Shown: piece by piece, positions 49,801 to 63,754 of the stretch
Layout of the letters: every line of letters begins with the position of its first letter
Numbering within the stretch: the stretch's first letter is position 1
From: Octopus sinensis
Taxonomy: Eukaryota
Assembly (NCBI RefSeq): GCF_006345805.1
Contig: NC_042998.1
Coordinates: forward strand, 181,288,001-181,352,000
DNA length: 64,000 nucleotides
Reading direction: 5' to 3'
Translations under genes and position numbers: made by a program
Notes under the pieces: model-generated
The model's input: only the letters and a program-made list of their open reading frames with translations
Told to the model about the DNA's origin: nothing
The model's database searches: none

Positions 49801-52800
49801 CCCTCCAATATTAGAAGAGAATACAGAAATTTGCCAAGCGAGCTTACTGTCGAGTTTTAATTGCAATATTAATAGACGTCTAGTGAGTGATAGCGTATCG
49901 TGAGATCAGGATGATAGTAACCGACAGCTATAGTCTCTCCCTACTTACTACTCCATACCGTCTTGTGCCTCTGTGAGTTAAACATACAAAGGAAAGAACC
50001 ACCAGAGATGTTCAGTTTATAGTCTAGGCTCTCTCTAGCCATAGAGATTTTTAATTCGCGACTAAAAGAGGACGAATGGGATTCACTATAGATACCAACA
50101 CTTCCTTTATGCTATCTTCTACACTGCATGTTGGTTTGAATATCAACATGCGAAAACAAACACAGCCAACTTACATATCAGTGACGTTAACACTAGGAAC
50201 TGTTAAAGGCTCACGTAACTTTACCATTTGATATTGATATTTCAACTAAGAGACTTGACCATTTTTGACCTGGTGATTCAGAAAGAAACAATGGGGGACA
50301 ACGAAATTGCAGGAATGCATAAATAATGTGGCTGCTGGTCAGTGTCACGGTGTCGTACGTTTTATGTTTGCCTCGTCGTTTGAATTTCTACGGTCTGTCT
50401 GGCAAATCATTTGGAGATCGATGGAGCGCAAGGTCTGTGTTTTATTTTAAAATGAGAATAGGAAGTCAGATTAGGAGATTAGTCCCTAGTGACAGTGACA
50501 GCAGTAAGAAGTGTGTGCATGAAAGTGTGACAAAGCTGGACAATTTCTAATTGCACAAAATGGTTCCCGTACAACTATTGAAAAAGATGTTTTAGCACCA
50601 CCTATCACAAATGATAGATACATCATCGTTTTTATTCTATTCCGTTCAATCTCTTTCAAGAAACCGTTTATATTCAAAGTGTCGATGTATTTTTTTTTTC
50701 TCAAATGAGCTTGTAGACTCTTCTTTTTTCTCTGGTTTCGTGTACTTTCTTTAAATGCTTATATAGGTTGTCCTCTGTGTGTGCGTGTGTGTGTGTGCGC
50801 GTGCGTGCTTGCGTGCTTGTGTGTATGTGTGCGCGTGTGTTTGTGTGTGTGTGAGTGTGTGTGTATGTATTCGTGTGTGTGTGTATCTGTCTATCGATCG
50901 ATCGGCTAGACAGACAGACGCAGACACACAGACAAACACACAAACATACAGACACACAGACAGATACATAAACCATTAGAAGCCTTCATGACAGGATCCT
51001 CCTTAAGAATCTTATTATTAAGAGCTTCTTTTGATGAGAGTCATGGTGTGTGTAACTGAACTTTGGTACCAGTTTAGATTTTCATTTAGGACTATTCTAC
51101 TACTTTTCACTTCCCTTACAATATTTTTTTACAGAAATAAACGCAATTTTCTAATATCTCAAAAAAAAAAATCCAAGACAACTTATTAACAAATTCTCAT
51201 TCCTAGATGAAAATTTACAGCAAAGTACAAAACTCAAATTTTTAGGTACTTCTTTCTTAGATATCAAATAAATTTTCGGCAGTCTGATTGTTGTCCACTC
51301 TAGCTGTTTCTCTCCAAAAAAAAAAAAAACGATAGTAGAGACAAAGCTTTCTATTTTCAAACAATTGAGAAATTGTGAATTTGAATCCAATGCAATCTAG
51401 GAATTCATTACTTTTAGTCTTTCGTATATAAATTTGCTGACATGAATTAAACAGAATAAACAAAATCCTTGAAATCAATATCTCTATTTCTTATACAAAA
51501 ATATTTTCGTCTTATTTATGTTTCTAGTTTAAATAATATTTTTACTTTACTACAGCAGTAACGAAAGATAAAAGTATTCTAATAAAACTATTAGATTGCT
51601 TTTCCTTTTTTAAAATAAAATTTCATTGGAAATTGGCCTTGTATTGTAAGATGAAATGAGAGAAAGAAGAAGATAGATTAAAAGATGAATAAATAAAAGA
51701 AATACAAAATAAAACTCGTCAGTTTGGAATTGTTAATTCCAGTTTTGTGGGTGGTACCGCTTTCGTTGATGACAGAAAGTTTAACGGCAGGGAGAAAAAC
51801 AAACGTGCCAAACTTGAATAAACACTCTTGCAAGCTAGCTTGAATTTGAAAGTAATAAAAATAAAGAAAAATGTAGGGAAAGGATCCTATGGAAAACATT
51901 TCATTCTTGTGTAAATACTTCTTCACTGGAAGGAGATTTTTTTTTCCCCTTCTTCATATCGTTCAGTTTCTTTTATGAATAGAAACAACAAAACACAAAC
52001 GAGAGAATAGAAATAGTAATGAAAGTAGCTTTTTATTTTTTTTTTTTACTTTTATAAATGTGAAATAAATAAAAGATAGCCAGAACGCCAATAGCACAAG
52101 CAAAATATACGAATTATAAGAAAAGATAACATAATACATTGCTGACTGTTGTTTCTGGAACACAGATTTGGTTATATACAGTTGCATCATCTGTGAAACT
52201 GAAGTAAAAACATGTGCATATAAATTGCCTCATGTAGCTGAACCAAAAATTCGCCAATAATGGAAACAGATTTAGAAATTAAAAATATATATATTCAAAG
52301 AAAGACTGCCAAGCCATTCATCGTCCTATTATTAGTAGTTTGCCTGTTTTCATAAGTATTTATCTTTCGGTCAGAAATATGGATGATATGATAATAAAAT
52401 TATTAGCTCATTTAGCAATAGAATAGCATCTATTCTGTAGAGTTACACATGGCCAAGTCGTATAGGACTGAAGAATTCACTGAAGCGACGGCTTGAAATT
52501 TATCACCAATACTTCTGTGTCTAAGCCACTAAAATTTCTACTGACCTCGGCCCGCAAAAATTCCATTGTTTCCACTGATTTCTTAAACATTGCTACAATT
52601 CTGAAAATTCCAGAGGAAGGTACAGACCATAAAAGTTACTCCTAGTGAAATGCAAAGTCAACTCTGTCGAAAAGTATTGGACTTCAGTAAAAATCGATTC
52701 TGCTTCCACCACGCTTAGATTCTCATTAGTTTGTATTTTAAGTTTTCTTGTGAACTTAGTCTGAGAAAAAATGCCCATTCCATGGTCTTACTTAAATAAT

Positions 52801-53308
52801 TCCATTACTGCATCGCCACCAAACAGGATAGAATATGAATGAACTGAACGAAAGTAGCTTACAATAAACATCTCTGTTAACATAGCTCTGATTAGTAAAC
52901 ATAATACAAACAAGGCCGAGGCAATTAAATTTGTCAAGGACTTAACTTTTACTTTGAGTCATTCATACCACCTGTAACTACGATTAATTAAGAAATCAAT
53001 ATGACTATTTGTTACCATAGAAATCCAACGTTTATTTTGAAGACAATATTACAGCTGCAAATTGAGAGAAAAGCATGGAACAATAATTTTTATTGGATTT
53101 ATACTTTTCTCTAAAGTGTTTGATACTTGAGTGGTGTAAAGTCACATCAGTAGTACAGAAGAGGTGGGCTTTGAAAATTATATTATTTAACTTGGCAAAC
53201 ATTCCTAGCTTCAGCGTTGTGTCTATTATTTTTAACTTCACGTTAAGGAGTGAACTCATCAAAGAACAACACACAATTGTTCTTGAGACAGTACTAGTTT
53301 CCTTCTAA

Positions 53309-53512
53309 GGCGGTGAGCTGGCAGAAACGGGGTCGATAAATTAACTGCCAGTTACGCGCTGGGGTAGATATAATCAACTTAATCCGTTTGTCTGTCCTTG
53401 TTTGTCCTCTCTGTGTTTAGCCCCTTGTGGGTAGTAAAGAAATAGGTATTTCTTCTGTCTTTTATGTTCTGAGTTCAAATTCCGCAGAGGTTGACTTTGC
53501 CTTTCATTCTTT
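53309..53512 (+). mobile_element. SINE-like family A copy with an internal deletion
   Basis: The head GGCGGTGAGCTGGCAGAAAC joins directly to GGGGTCGATAAATTAA; about 85 bp are missing relative to 40917. Confidence 0.8.
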
Positions 53513-54547
53513 CCAGGGTGCCGCCGGGAATCGAATACACGACCTTACGGTCGTGATCCGAATACCCCTAACCACTAAGCCACGCGCCTTTACTGGAATT
53601 TTAATAGCTATAATGTTCCTAAATATACTTTCTGGGAATTTTCGTCTAAGAGAGATAATCAAGAAAGTGTGTAAGAGAAACAGAGAGAGGGGGAGAGTGG
53701 GAGAGAGAATAAAACATTTGGGTGAGAAAAGAGTTGTGGGAGAGGAAACAAGGGCATTCATACTTCACCATGACGACAACCAATTTTGCTGAATAATTTG
53801 TCTTAAATCGTCTCTATTTTACTGCAAGGGGATCACGGCCCCTTAACTGGAATTTTTATCTCTATGCTCTATTCTAAGAAAATTTTGGATTTTCCGTGCA
53901 AACTTTGGGAAAAGATTTTTTTTTTGAGAAATTATTTTTTTTTTTTTTTTTTTTTAAGACAGGCACAAAAAACATTCGTCTTAATCAAAATATTCATACA
54001 TTTAAAGACCCGAAAGAAGCTTTACCACGCTTGTAACATTTGACCCTTATTTTCTGTTTGATATAATTATGGTAACTATTGTCACTTAAATGTTCATACC
54101 CAAAGGCTCACACACACACACACACATACACATATATCGTTGTTGTTTATTCTTGTGTTTTTCTACGTTTTTTTATTAAATATATATATATATATATCAT
54201 CATCATCATCATTGTTCGACCGTGGTCGAGACAATGGAATTTACCATGCTACGCCAGACTTCACGGTCCATCATGGCATTACGGAGGTCCTGTTGCTGGA
54301 TGCCTGTATCCCTGGAGATTACATCAGGGTAGGAGGGTGTGCGCCCTCTGGTATTGCGAGTAGATGGCTTCCAGAGGAGAAGAGTAGAAATTACTTCTTT
54401 TTCAGCTCTACAACAATGTCCAGCTAACTGAACTCTCCTACCTTTCACAAGGTATATATATATACAATTATGTATATAATTAATCCCGAAAAGACGACGA
54501 AGAGAAACAAGAAAAAACAACAATGTGTGTGTCTTTGCGCATGAATA

Positions 54548-54960
54548 TACTCTTTTACTCTTTTACTTGTTTCAGTCATTTGACTGCGGCCATGCTGGAG
54601 CACCGCCTTTAGTCGAGCAACTCGACCCCGGGACTTATTCTTTTGTAAGCCCAGTACTTATTCTATCGGTCTCTTTTGCCAAACCGCTAAGTGACGGGGA
54701 CGCAAACACACCAGCATCGGTTGTCAAGCAAGGCTAGGGGGACAAACACAGACACACAAACATACATACACACACATATATATATACATATATACGACAG
54801 GCTTCTTTCAGTTTCCGTCTACCAAATCCACTCACAAGGCTTTGGTCGGCCCGAGGCTATAGTAGAAGACACTTGTCCAAGATGCCACGCAGTGGGACTG
54901 AACCCGAAAAGCAAGCTGGTTGGTAAGCAAGCTACTTACCACACAGCCACTCCTGCGCCT
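54548..54960 (-). mobile_element. SINE-like family B copy
   Basis: Near-identical to 17154-17549. Confidence 0.85.
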
Positions 54961-55058
<98 letters not shown>

Positions 55059-55061
55059 GTT

Positions 55062-55096
<35 letters not shown>

Positions 55097-55369
55097 TAAT
55101 AAATCTCTGAGCGAGATATAAACAGTAGCAGCTCGGCAGCACGACATCGTAAACTACAGTAGCATCGTCCCTTATGGGTCACCCACATTTAAGTAGCAAA
55201 AATATACTTCACTATATATGTATTAGTTTCACGCTCTGGAAAAATGGATAAGTCTTTGACGTTTCGAACCCACGCACTTGTACAGAAAAGAATAAAAAGA
55301 CGAAACAGATGGAGACAGGAAAGATATGCGTTGCAAGAGGCCTAGCTAAAGTCCGTGTGCGCAAACATG

Positions 55370-55737
55370 TGTGTATGTGAGGATAGTGGATGTGTGTATA
55401 TGTCTGTATAGGTGAGCACGTGTGTATGTGAGGATAGTGTATGTGTGTATATGTCTGTATAGGTGAGCACGTGTGTATGTGAGGATAGTGTATGTGTGTA
55501 TATGTCTGTATAGGTGAGCACGTGTGTGTGTGTGTGAGCAACTGCTTGACGATGAAATTTATGCACTACATGAAAGAATATACGTTTAGTTGTGTGTGTG
55601 TATGTGTGTGTGTGTGAGTGTATGTGTGTGTGCGTGTGCGTGTATGTGTGTATATGTCTGTATAGGTGAGCACGTGTGTGTGTGAGCAACTGCTTGACGA
55701 TGAAATTTATGCACTACATGAAAGAATATACGTTTAG

Positions 55738-55740
<3 letters not shown>
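55370..55740. repeat. Nested minisatellite: 51-bp unit x3, then a about 149-bp duplication
   Basis: TGTGTATGTGAGGATAGTG..GGTGAGCACG is repeated three times; AGCAACTGCTTGACGATGAAATTTATGCACTAC occurs at about 55537 and 55686. Confidence 0.85.
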
Positions 55741-55776
<36 letters not shown>

Positions 55777-56746
55777 TGAGTGTGTGTGAGTGTATGTGTG
55801 TGTGCGTGTGCGTGTATGTGTGTGTGTTTATCGGTGTATGTATGCATACGTTACATAAATGATGTTTGAATTCGTTAGTTGCCAGTCATATTTAATTTAA
55901 TCAGTCCTATGTAAAATATTTTATTTTTCAACATTTCCTTTCTTCATACCTATCTTTTACCGACTCTCTTATTTTAACTAAGTTAATTTCTGCCGTTGAA
56001 AATTATGCGGCTGTTTAAGAAATTATGATAAACCAGTTCTTATATATTTCTTTTTTTTTGTTTCTTTCAATTTTTCATTTTCTCCATATACGTACGTAAA
56101 TTAGCATTCAGAGAGATTTACATAAGCTGATAACGTATCAGCTTAAGGGTAAAGAAAACGTGGAAAACTACTAAAAAATTAGTGAGAAATAGTTAAGCCT
56201 TGTGGTGGAATAAAGAAGTAATCTACGTATTACTTAATACAACTAAAGAACTATACATAAAGGAAATACAGTTAACTCGACTTGAACCACATAAACACTC
56301 GCATTTTTCCCTTTTACACAAAATTTTCTTTCAGCTATACATAAGTCACACATAAACATAAATATGCGTACACACACTAACATTCATAAAACTTTATGTC
56401 TACAATACGTAAACTCATACACAAATTTCTGTCCGAGCAACACATGCGATCGCTCATATGTGCACGCATCAGGAAGTCATTTTTAGTCACACACATCTTT
56501 GTCTGGGCAATACATACACGCAGGCATATTCACAGCAAGAAGTAAGGTCTCACGCATACTAGCACAATTCGATGAAAGTGTAGCGATACAAACGAAATAC
56601 ATGCACAGAATACTTGAGAAGCTAGTACTTCTGCTTTTAGCATACATGTTGTCAACAGTTAGTATTAGACACAACTAAAATATGCATATAACACTCTATA
56701 CAGTATATATTAATATTTTAATATATATCCATATACGCGTATATAA

Positions 56747-56784
<38 letters not shown>

Positions 56785-56794
56785 TCACACACAC

Positions 56795-56835
<41 letters not shown>

Positions 56836-57223
56836 TCAAAGGAATTCCTTCTCTGTTTTTTATGTTTTATTTATATTCTTTATATTAATGTAGAATATAG
56901 AACATATAGTATAAATAGTATATACAGTAAAATGAAATGAAGTATTGATTGTCTTATTGAATAGATGAAATATTGAATATCAAATATTAAGGGACTAGTT
57001 TACTTCCTTGCATTTAAGCAGTCTTCAAGATCCCAGGTTGTGTATATATACACATATACATACAGATAGATACATACATACATATCTGTAGTTACCAAAT
57101 ATCTATCTGTATGTTCATATGTTCATATTTATATACAGAGATGCATATATATATATACAAACATGCATGTATACATACATGCCTGCATGTATGCATGCAT
57201 GCAGATAGACATACATACATACA

Positions 57224-57257
<34 letters not shown>

Positions 57258-57721
57258 CATACATGTATACATACATGCTTGTAAGTATACATGCAGAAAG
57301 ACAGGCATATGTACATACATACATCTCTTTGTGTGTGCATGCGCGCATGTAAATGTACTTGATAAGTATTTACTTTGTAGATAAGGAGCCATTCCTAATC
57401 TACCTTTAAATAAATATTAGTCCCGATGAGACCCTCTTTAATCAGACTGTTGAGGACATGATTAAGATTGATGCAGTTGATACTGAAACGTAGTACTGGG
57501 CAGAAAATTGTCTTCGAAACCTAAATAATAGCAAAAACATATAACTGTCTTGAAGTACATAAACTGGTGAAGTCTACGTTGAAGTTAAGCAAAAAAGGAG
57601 CCCCTGCAGATGAAGAAATGAGAAAAGAAATGAAGAAGAAAAGGCATAACTTCCAAAGATTCCTCAAAGCACACACTACCACCTTTAAACAAAAGGACAC
57701 ATTAGAGAGTATATATACATA

Positions 57722-58117
57722 ACTAGCTGTATCGCCCGGCGTTGCTCGGATTTGTAATGGAAATAACTATATAAGCATTTTTAGAGATGTAAAGTATAAT
57801 AGCCATCTCAATATGGCTAAGCACAAAGGGGGGGGTGTTACTGTAGCTTTTTACGTTCTGAGATTTAATAATACATTTTTAGAGAGTTACTTCCCTTATA
57901 TATGCCAAAAATGCATTAAAAATGGGGAAAATTGATGGTAATTTTTTTTTTTAATCGTAGACTTATCGTAGACGCGCGCTAATACCCAGAAGGGCTCGAT
58001 ATGAATCACGACTATAAGATATCCGGTTTTGGTTAAACTGCACCGCAAAATGTGGGAGTAGTTAGGAATCTAAATCGTAGGAGACAGACACACAACTTCA
58101 CTTTTATATATGTAGAT
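57722..58117 (+). mobile_element. Helitron/DINE-1(HINE)-like non-autonomous repeat, copy 2
   Basis: ACTAGCTGTATCGCCCGGCGTTGCTCGG ... GGCTCGATATGAATCACGACTATAAGATA..GGTTAAACTGCACCGCAAAATGTGGGAGTAGTTAGGAATCTAAATCG, homologous to 16301-16813. Confidence 0.6.
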
Positions 58118-58345
58118 ATCAAGCTCGGAATCATGAGACTGAAGAGCGAACTTCGTAACAACACCCGCCTTGCCTGCAGCCAGATTATTTAGTTTCATCT
58201 CTTAAGTATCAAATCATAGGGTTCTTTTACTTTTCATCATCAAAGTATCTGTCAAATTCAGTTTCGAAGAGATATGAATAGACAATAGAGTGTTTGAAGA
58301 ATTACCGTTGGTTGGGAGTAAATAAATAAGTTTATATATACATAC

Positions 58346-58416
<71 letters not shown>

Positions 58417-58739
58417 ACGGTTTTTAGGGATGAATAGTTGTACTTAAGAACACATGTGGCAGGTATTATATCAAAAGAGAAACTGTTTTCACAACTTGTC
58501 TCTCAGAGTTAAAACTTCATGTGAAAATAATGCATGACATTTTCATGAAATACTGGTGAACGCGTGTTTGCGCATGTGTACGTTGTCTATTTGCCACTAT
58601 ATTTAAACTAATCTTTTTTTTATATATATACATTTCTATCTGTTTCTCTCTCTCTCTCTCTCTCTCTGTTTGTGTATACGTTTGAATGTGTGCTCATATT
58701 TTTTTTTTAAAAGTGAGGATGGACAAGTGTGTTATGTGA

Positions 58740-58807
<68 letters not shown>

Positions 58808-59571
58808 TGTGTGTGAAAGCGTGCGTGTGAGTCAATACTCACTTAAAAGATCGTAATAATTTGTTAATTCTCTGCAGCTGCTTCCATCTGCTGAATAAAC
58901 AAACCTCCTCTCCTTGAACGAGCATTGAGACTGTGTTTATATAAACTAATTAATCGAATACTGATAATTAAACACATTGTTTACTTTAACACTGCTTACT
59001 TTAAATTGTCTTTTTTTTTGTGCGTATTTGTTGATTTTTAATTACTCCATTTTCCATCTATTACACCGCTAAACGATGTACTGCCCCATCCAATCAAACA
59101 TGGAAAAAAAAACATCAAAATAATGAATAACATTCAAAAATAGAATCACTTTCTTAAATGAATCTTCAAATCATATTCATATTATTGCATTATGGGAAAG
59201 ACTGAAGTGTTTAAGATGTTGCCCTGTGCGGCGTAATGTTCAAGGCAAAACACGAAACATCTTCAAGCCAAATTTTATAGTGAGATTATATTTTATAGCT
59301 TGATGTCCGGAATGGATAGGAAAAAAACCTTGTGCCGTCACCTCTCCTCTCAAACCGTTTTAGCTTTACAAATCCCATGGGAAAACTCCAAGGTAAAATT
59401 CTGATTTTGTGTCTTGAGATTAATTTTGAGAAATAAGCAGTTCATTCGATAAGAAGTTATTCTTCAGCGTAACAATTTCGAACCCGGCTATTAGTAGCAA
59501 CTTTGCTTTTCATTCCATATTAATCATTAAAATCAGTTCCGGTATTAAATTACCTTTAAATAGATTGCTTC

Positions 59572-59885
59572 GGTCATGAATGACCATAGGATTGCACCTA
59601 GAAAGTTACTCTCCAATGAACAAGGTTGTTTATGGAAGACCAGCAGTCGCCCATGCATACCGGCCTACCCTCTCCACGCCACCAGTGTTATCCAAGGGAA
59701 AGGCAAAGGCCGATACAGCTTGGCACCTGTGACGTCGAAACTCATTTCTACAGCTGAGTGAACTGGAGCAACGTGAAATAAAGTGTCTTGCTCAAGAACA
59801 CAACATGCAACCCGGTCCGGGATTCGAACTGACAACCTCACGATCGTAAGCTCGACGCTCTAACAACTGAGCCATGCGCCTTCAT
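59572..59885 (-). mobile_element. SINE-like family C copy
   Basis: Reverse complement of the 12678 family. Confidence 0.85.
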
Positions 59886-60339
59886 CTTTAAATAGATATA
59901 CAACAGATAATTACAAGTTGTAAGCAAAGAAAGAAGAATTTACCAGTAATAACTAAAGCATGTACATTAATATCTCAAAAAGGATTATTTTATTCCGTTT
60001 CTGTCACAGATAATACACCAGTATTTGTAATACCAGAGTCGATTCAGTCGCCCATAAACTAACCACTCTACAAAATGGCTTAGCAGATAGGCAAAATAAA
60101 GTTTAGTAGACTACAGTTCAATTTTGAATACCTACCGTCTCTGGAAAATAGCTGTCACGTAAATCCTTTTTTTTTTTGTCTCTTTAATGAAGGACGAAGA
60201 CTTCATAAAAGATCTACATATTATAATGACTGACGATATTTATTGCCAATCATCTCACGGAGCTTTTACAGTGCTAAAAAAAGACTTTGTTTTACCAAGG
60301 TCTACATCCCTACAAGGAGGTGACATTCAGAAAGTCGTA

Positions 60340-60720
60340 TCACACGAACAGTGACCGCACCCGTCCACTGTCTAGAAGTTTCTGTAGGGTGCGCCACGTA
60401 GAGGGTGCTGGCAGAAACTTAGCACCTGATCAGTGGAATGTGTCCCTTCTACAAGAAATTAAATAGCAAATGCTTCAATTTGTTCGGGTGGTGACTGAAA
60501 TAAAGTCGCGATGGGCAGGCGGTAAGCAATAACAAAGGCAATGTAGTCATTCGTCATCTCTATCCAATCTTTCAGGGACAGCTTCCTCTTGACCCATTTC
60601 TGAATACGACTAGTCACTCTGCTCTTTACCTTTTTCCAGTTCCGATTCACCGGGGGGTCAGCGCAGAACCAGATTTCCAGCAGTTTTAAGCGGTCTATCG
60701 CTCCAATGTATTTATTGAAA
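60340..60720 (-). mobile_element. Tx1/L1-clade LINE ORF2 fragment (post-RT region)
   Basis: LKLLEIWFCADPPVNRNWKKVKSRVTSRIQKWVKRKLSLKDWIEMTNDYIAFVIAYRL...HLLFNFL*KGHIPLIR resembles the LLGVWFG..NW...W..R.LSL.GR..YRL..LF.FLWKG pattern of L1/Tx1 ORF2. Confidence 0.7.
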
Positions 60721-61064
60721 TATAGACAACAGAGGTGAGACTGTTGAAAATTGAATGGACTTAATCTCTGAGTCTACTTTTCTAAGAAGGAGGAAAGAAA
60801 CTAAGTAATCTGAGTACCCCAAATTACCCTAGGTGGTCTTCACTCCTACGGGGTAATTTTCCTTGTTGAAATTTAATTGTTTTATATTTTGATAAATCTT
60901 TTTGGTTTCATCGACCTGTTTTTGCCCGATGTAAAACCCACTTTTGTACGATTTATTTCATCCTGTCTATTATTCTCGAAGTTTCGTATCCTGGTGGCCA
61001 ATAAAAGAAATTATTATTTATATCAATATTATTAACATCATCACCAGAACCACCAGCACCACTA

Positions 61065-61145
61065 CCACCACCATCATTATCATCCTTATCATAATCACCA
61101 TCAGCATTATTATTATTATTATCACCATCATCATCATCATCATCA

Positions 61146-61194
<49 letters not shown>

Positions 61195-61211
61195 CATTAT
61201 CATCATTATTA

Positions 61212-61277
<66 letters not shown>

Positions 61278-61290
61278 TATTATTATCATG
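61065..61290. repeat. (ATT/ATC)n trinucleotide microsatellite
   Basis: Long ATT run with ATC/ACC variants; it produces the poly-Ile ORF 60944-61381. Confidence 0.95.
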
Positions 61291-62463
61291 GAAAATGTCA
61301 AAATTACAGCAGAAAAGTTATTCTTGGCAATATTATAAGCAAAAGAATTCAACGTCAATTAACAAACTTCTCTCATCTTAACCGTAGGATTCCATTTTAT
61401 TGTCCTCCATTTCTGAGCCGGGTATACACATGGCATTAATTTGCACAAGTAACATTTAGATTGCAAAACTAAAATTCATTATCAATGCAACGAAAAGTAG
61501 AAAGATATAAATGAAAGATATTTTATTGATGTAATAAGAAATAAACAGTTCACTGGAATTGAATGGAAGGACAAATGTCGTAAGACTTATTTCGACATAG
61601 TAACTTCGTAAATAACATATCAGGTTTCTTCTCGGTTTGACGTTCAATGCAAAGATGTTAGAAAATCGTTAAAGTAAGTATAAAACATTATAAATCTGTC
61701 CAAGACTACCAATTTTATTGAACCATATTCACTCAACATACGAAATTTGAACAGAAAGTAATAATCGCCTCTTTATCAATACTCCTCTTTCTCAATATTT
61801 TCCATACATACACTCATAGATACGCACATGCATACATACACATACAAACTCACACAGACATTTTCTCTCTCTCTCTCTCTTTCTCCCTCTCCTTCTCTCT
61901 ATCACTCCCTCCTTTCCCTTCATCATTTCATATTATGTATACATATATAGAGAAATAGAATTGAATAATAAGTTTATGTCTACCTGTATGTGCTTGTGTT
62001 ATATTTAGCTCTAAAGTTACCAAAGTAGCTAAGGTTTTGAAAGTTTCGTGCGTCACACTTAACAAACTTTGATAAGTGCACCGCACAAAAGCTTCATACC
62101 TTGGGTCGCATATGCAACTTTACAGTTTAACATATATGTCTATGTGTGTATATATGCATGCATAAATATATACACATATATACGAGAAGTGTTATTTATT
62201 TTAACTCGTTTCCTGTGTCTGCGAGTAGCTGCGGACAACTACCAAAATGTATTCTAATTGAAACAAGCGGAACAGATATTAAAAATGAGGTACTTTTTCA
62301 CGAGTCACCTGTCGAGACACATATGCACCAATAATATACCACAACTGTTTGCTCGTGAAGGACCGATGTACGAAGAGTGGAAACGATCGTAGTGATTAAC
62401 AATTAATCTCATGAATTCCATTTTCTTTTTCTTTCTCCCATATTTTATATCAACATATATACA

Positions 62464-63663
62464 CAGGGATTGGACAAAATAATGGAAACACCTAGTATCA
62501 TAGCATCATAATTTTGAAATATCTATAAAGCCGTCCAAAGCTTGATTATTTTTATGGGTTTTTTTTCATTTATTATTAGTGTTACTTAATATGTTTTGCT
62601 AAAATTGCTGTTTCTTTTCAGATATCATCACAAAAAGGGAATTAAAATTCATTAAAATGACAGATCCATCGAACTTTCAAACAGGTCAAATTGTTGGTGC
62701 TCGTATGACAGCCGCTAGCGTAACGAAAACAGCCGAAATGTTTGGTGTATCAAGAAGTACTGTCTCGAAAGTAACGACAGCCTTTGAGATAGGGGAAAAC
62801 CTCCTCGTTGAAACAAAACTCCGGAAGAAAACCAAAACTTTCAAATAGGGAGCGTCGGACTCTTACGTGAATTGTTAGAAACGATCACAAAAGTACAGCT
62901 CCCAAAGTTGCTGCAGAGCTTAATGACCATCTCGAGAACCCAGTTTCCACAAAAACTGTTCGCTGGGAGCTGCACAAAACCGGATTTCACGGGAGGGCTG
63001 CAATCAGAAAAGCACAACTTTCAAAACAAACGTTGCTTAGTGTTTAGAGCGGAGTAAAACCTACAAAATTGGTCAGTGGAAGACTGTTATTTTCATGGAC
63101 GAGTCATCCTTTACCTTATTTCCGACCAGCGGCCAGAAATAAGGTATATATGGTGGAGGATCTGTGATGATCTTGGGAACTATATCTTGGAAATCCGCCG
63201 GCCCAATTGTTTCCCTTCATGGCAGAATTAATAGTCAAGGTTATTTAAGCATTTTATCTGATCAAATACATCCCATGGTTGTGGAACTGTTTCTGGAGGA
63301 GAACGCAATTTTTCAGGATGATAATGCACCAATTCACACAGCTAAAGTTGTTACTGAATGGCGCGAGGAACATTATAGTGAAGTTGAATATCTTATCTGG
63401 CCACCACAGTCCCCAGATCTCAAAATTATTGAACAGTTATGGTGCATTTTAGAAAAATAAAGAAGGAGTCGATATCCTTCACCATAATCACTACAAGAAC
63501 TTGAGACTGTTTTAGCCGAAGAATGGAAAACATTCTTTTGGAAACAATTCAAACTTTGTACGTAGAATTCAAGTTGTAATTACTGCCAAAGGTGGTCCTA
63601 CCCCATATTAAAATAGATGTGTTTGAAATTTTAATGTGTTTCCATTATTTTATCCAACCCTTG
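62464..63663 (+). mobile_element. Decayed Tc1-family transposon with both TIRs
   Basis: TIRs CAGGGATTGGACAAAATAATGGAAACAC (62464) and reverse-complement CAAGGGTTGGATAAAATAATGGAAACAC (ending 63663, followed by TA). Transposase fragments: MTDPSNFQTGQIVGARMTAASVTKTAEMFGVSRSTVSKV; GGSVMILGTISW...FQDDNAPIHTAKVV...WPPQSPDLKIIEQLW. Several frameshifts and stops. Confidence 0.95.
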
Positions 63664-63698
63664 TACATAGTTATATGTGTACATATACATACATGCAC

Positions 63699-63735
<37 letters not shown>

Positions 63736-63754
63736 TGTGTGTGTGTGTACATAC

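Noticed and set aside
60944-61381. 145-aa poly-Ile ORF
   Set aside because: It is simply the (ATT/ATC)n microsatellite, which has no stop in this frame.
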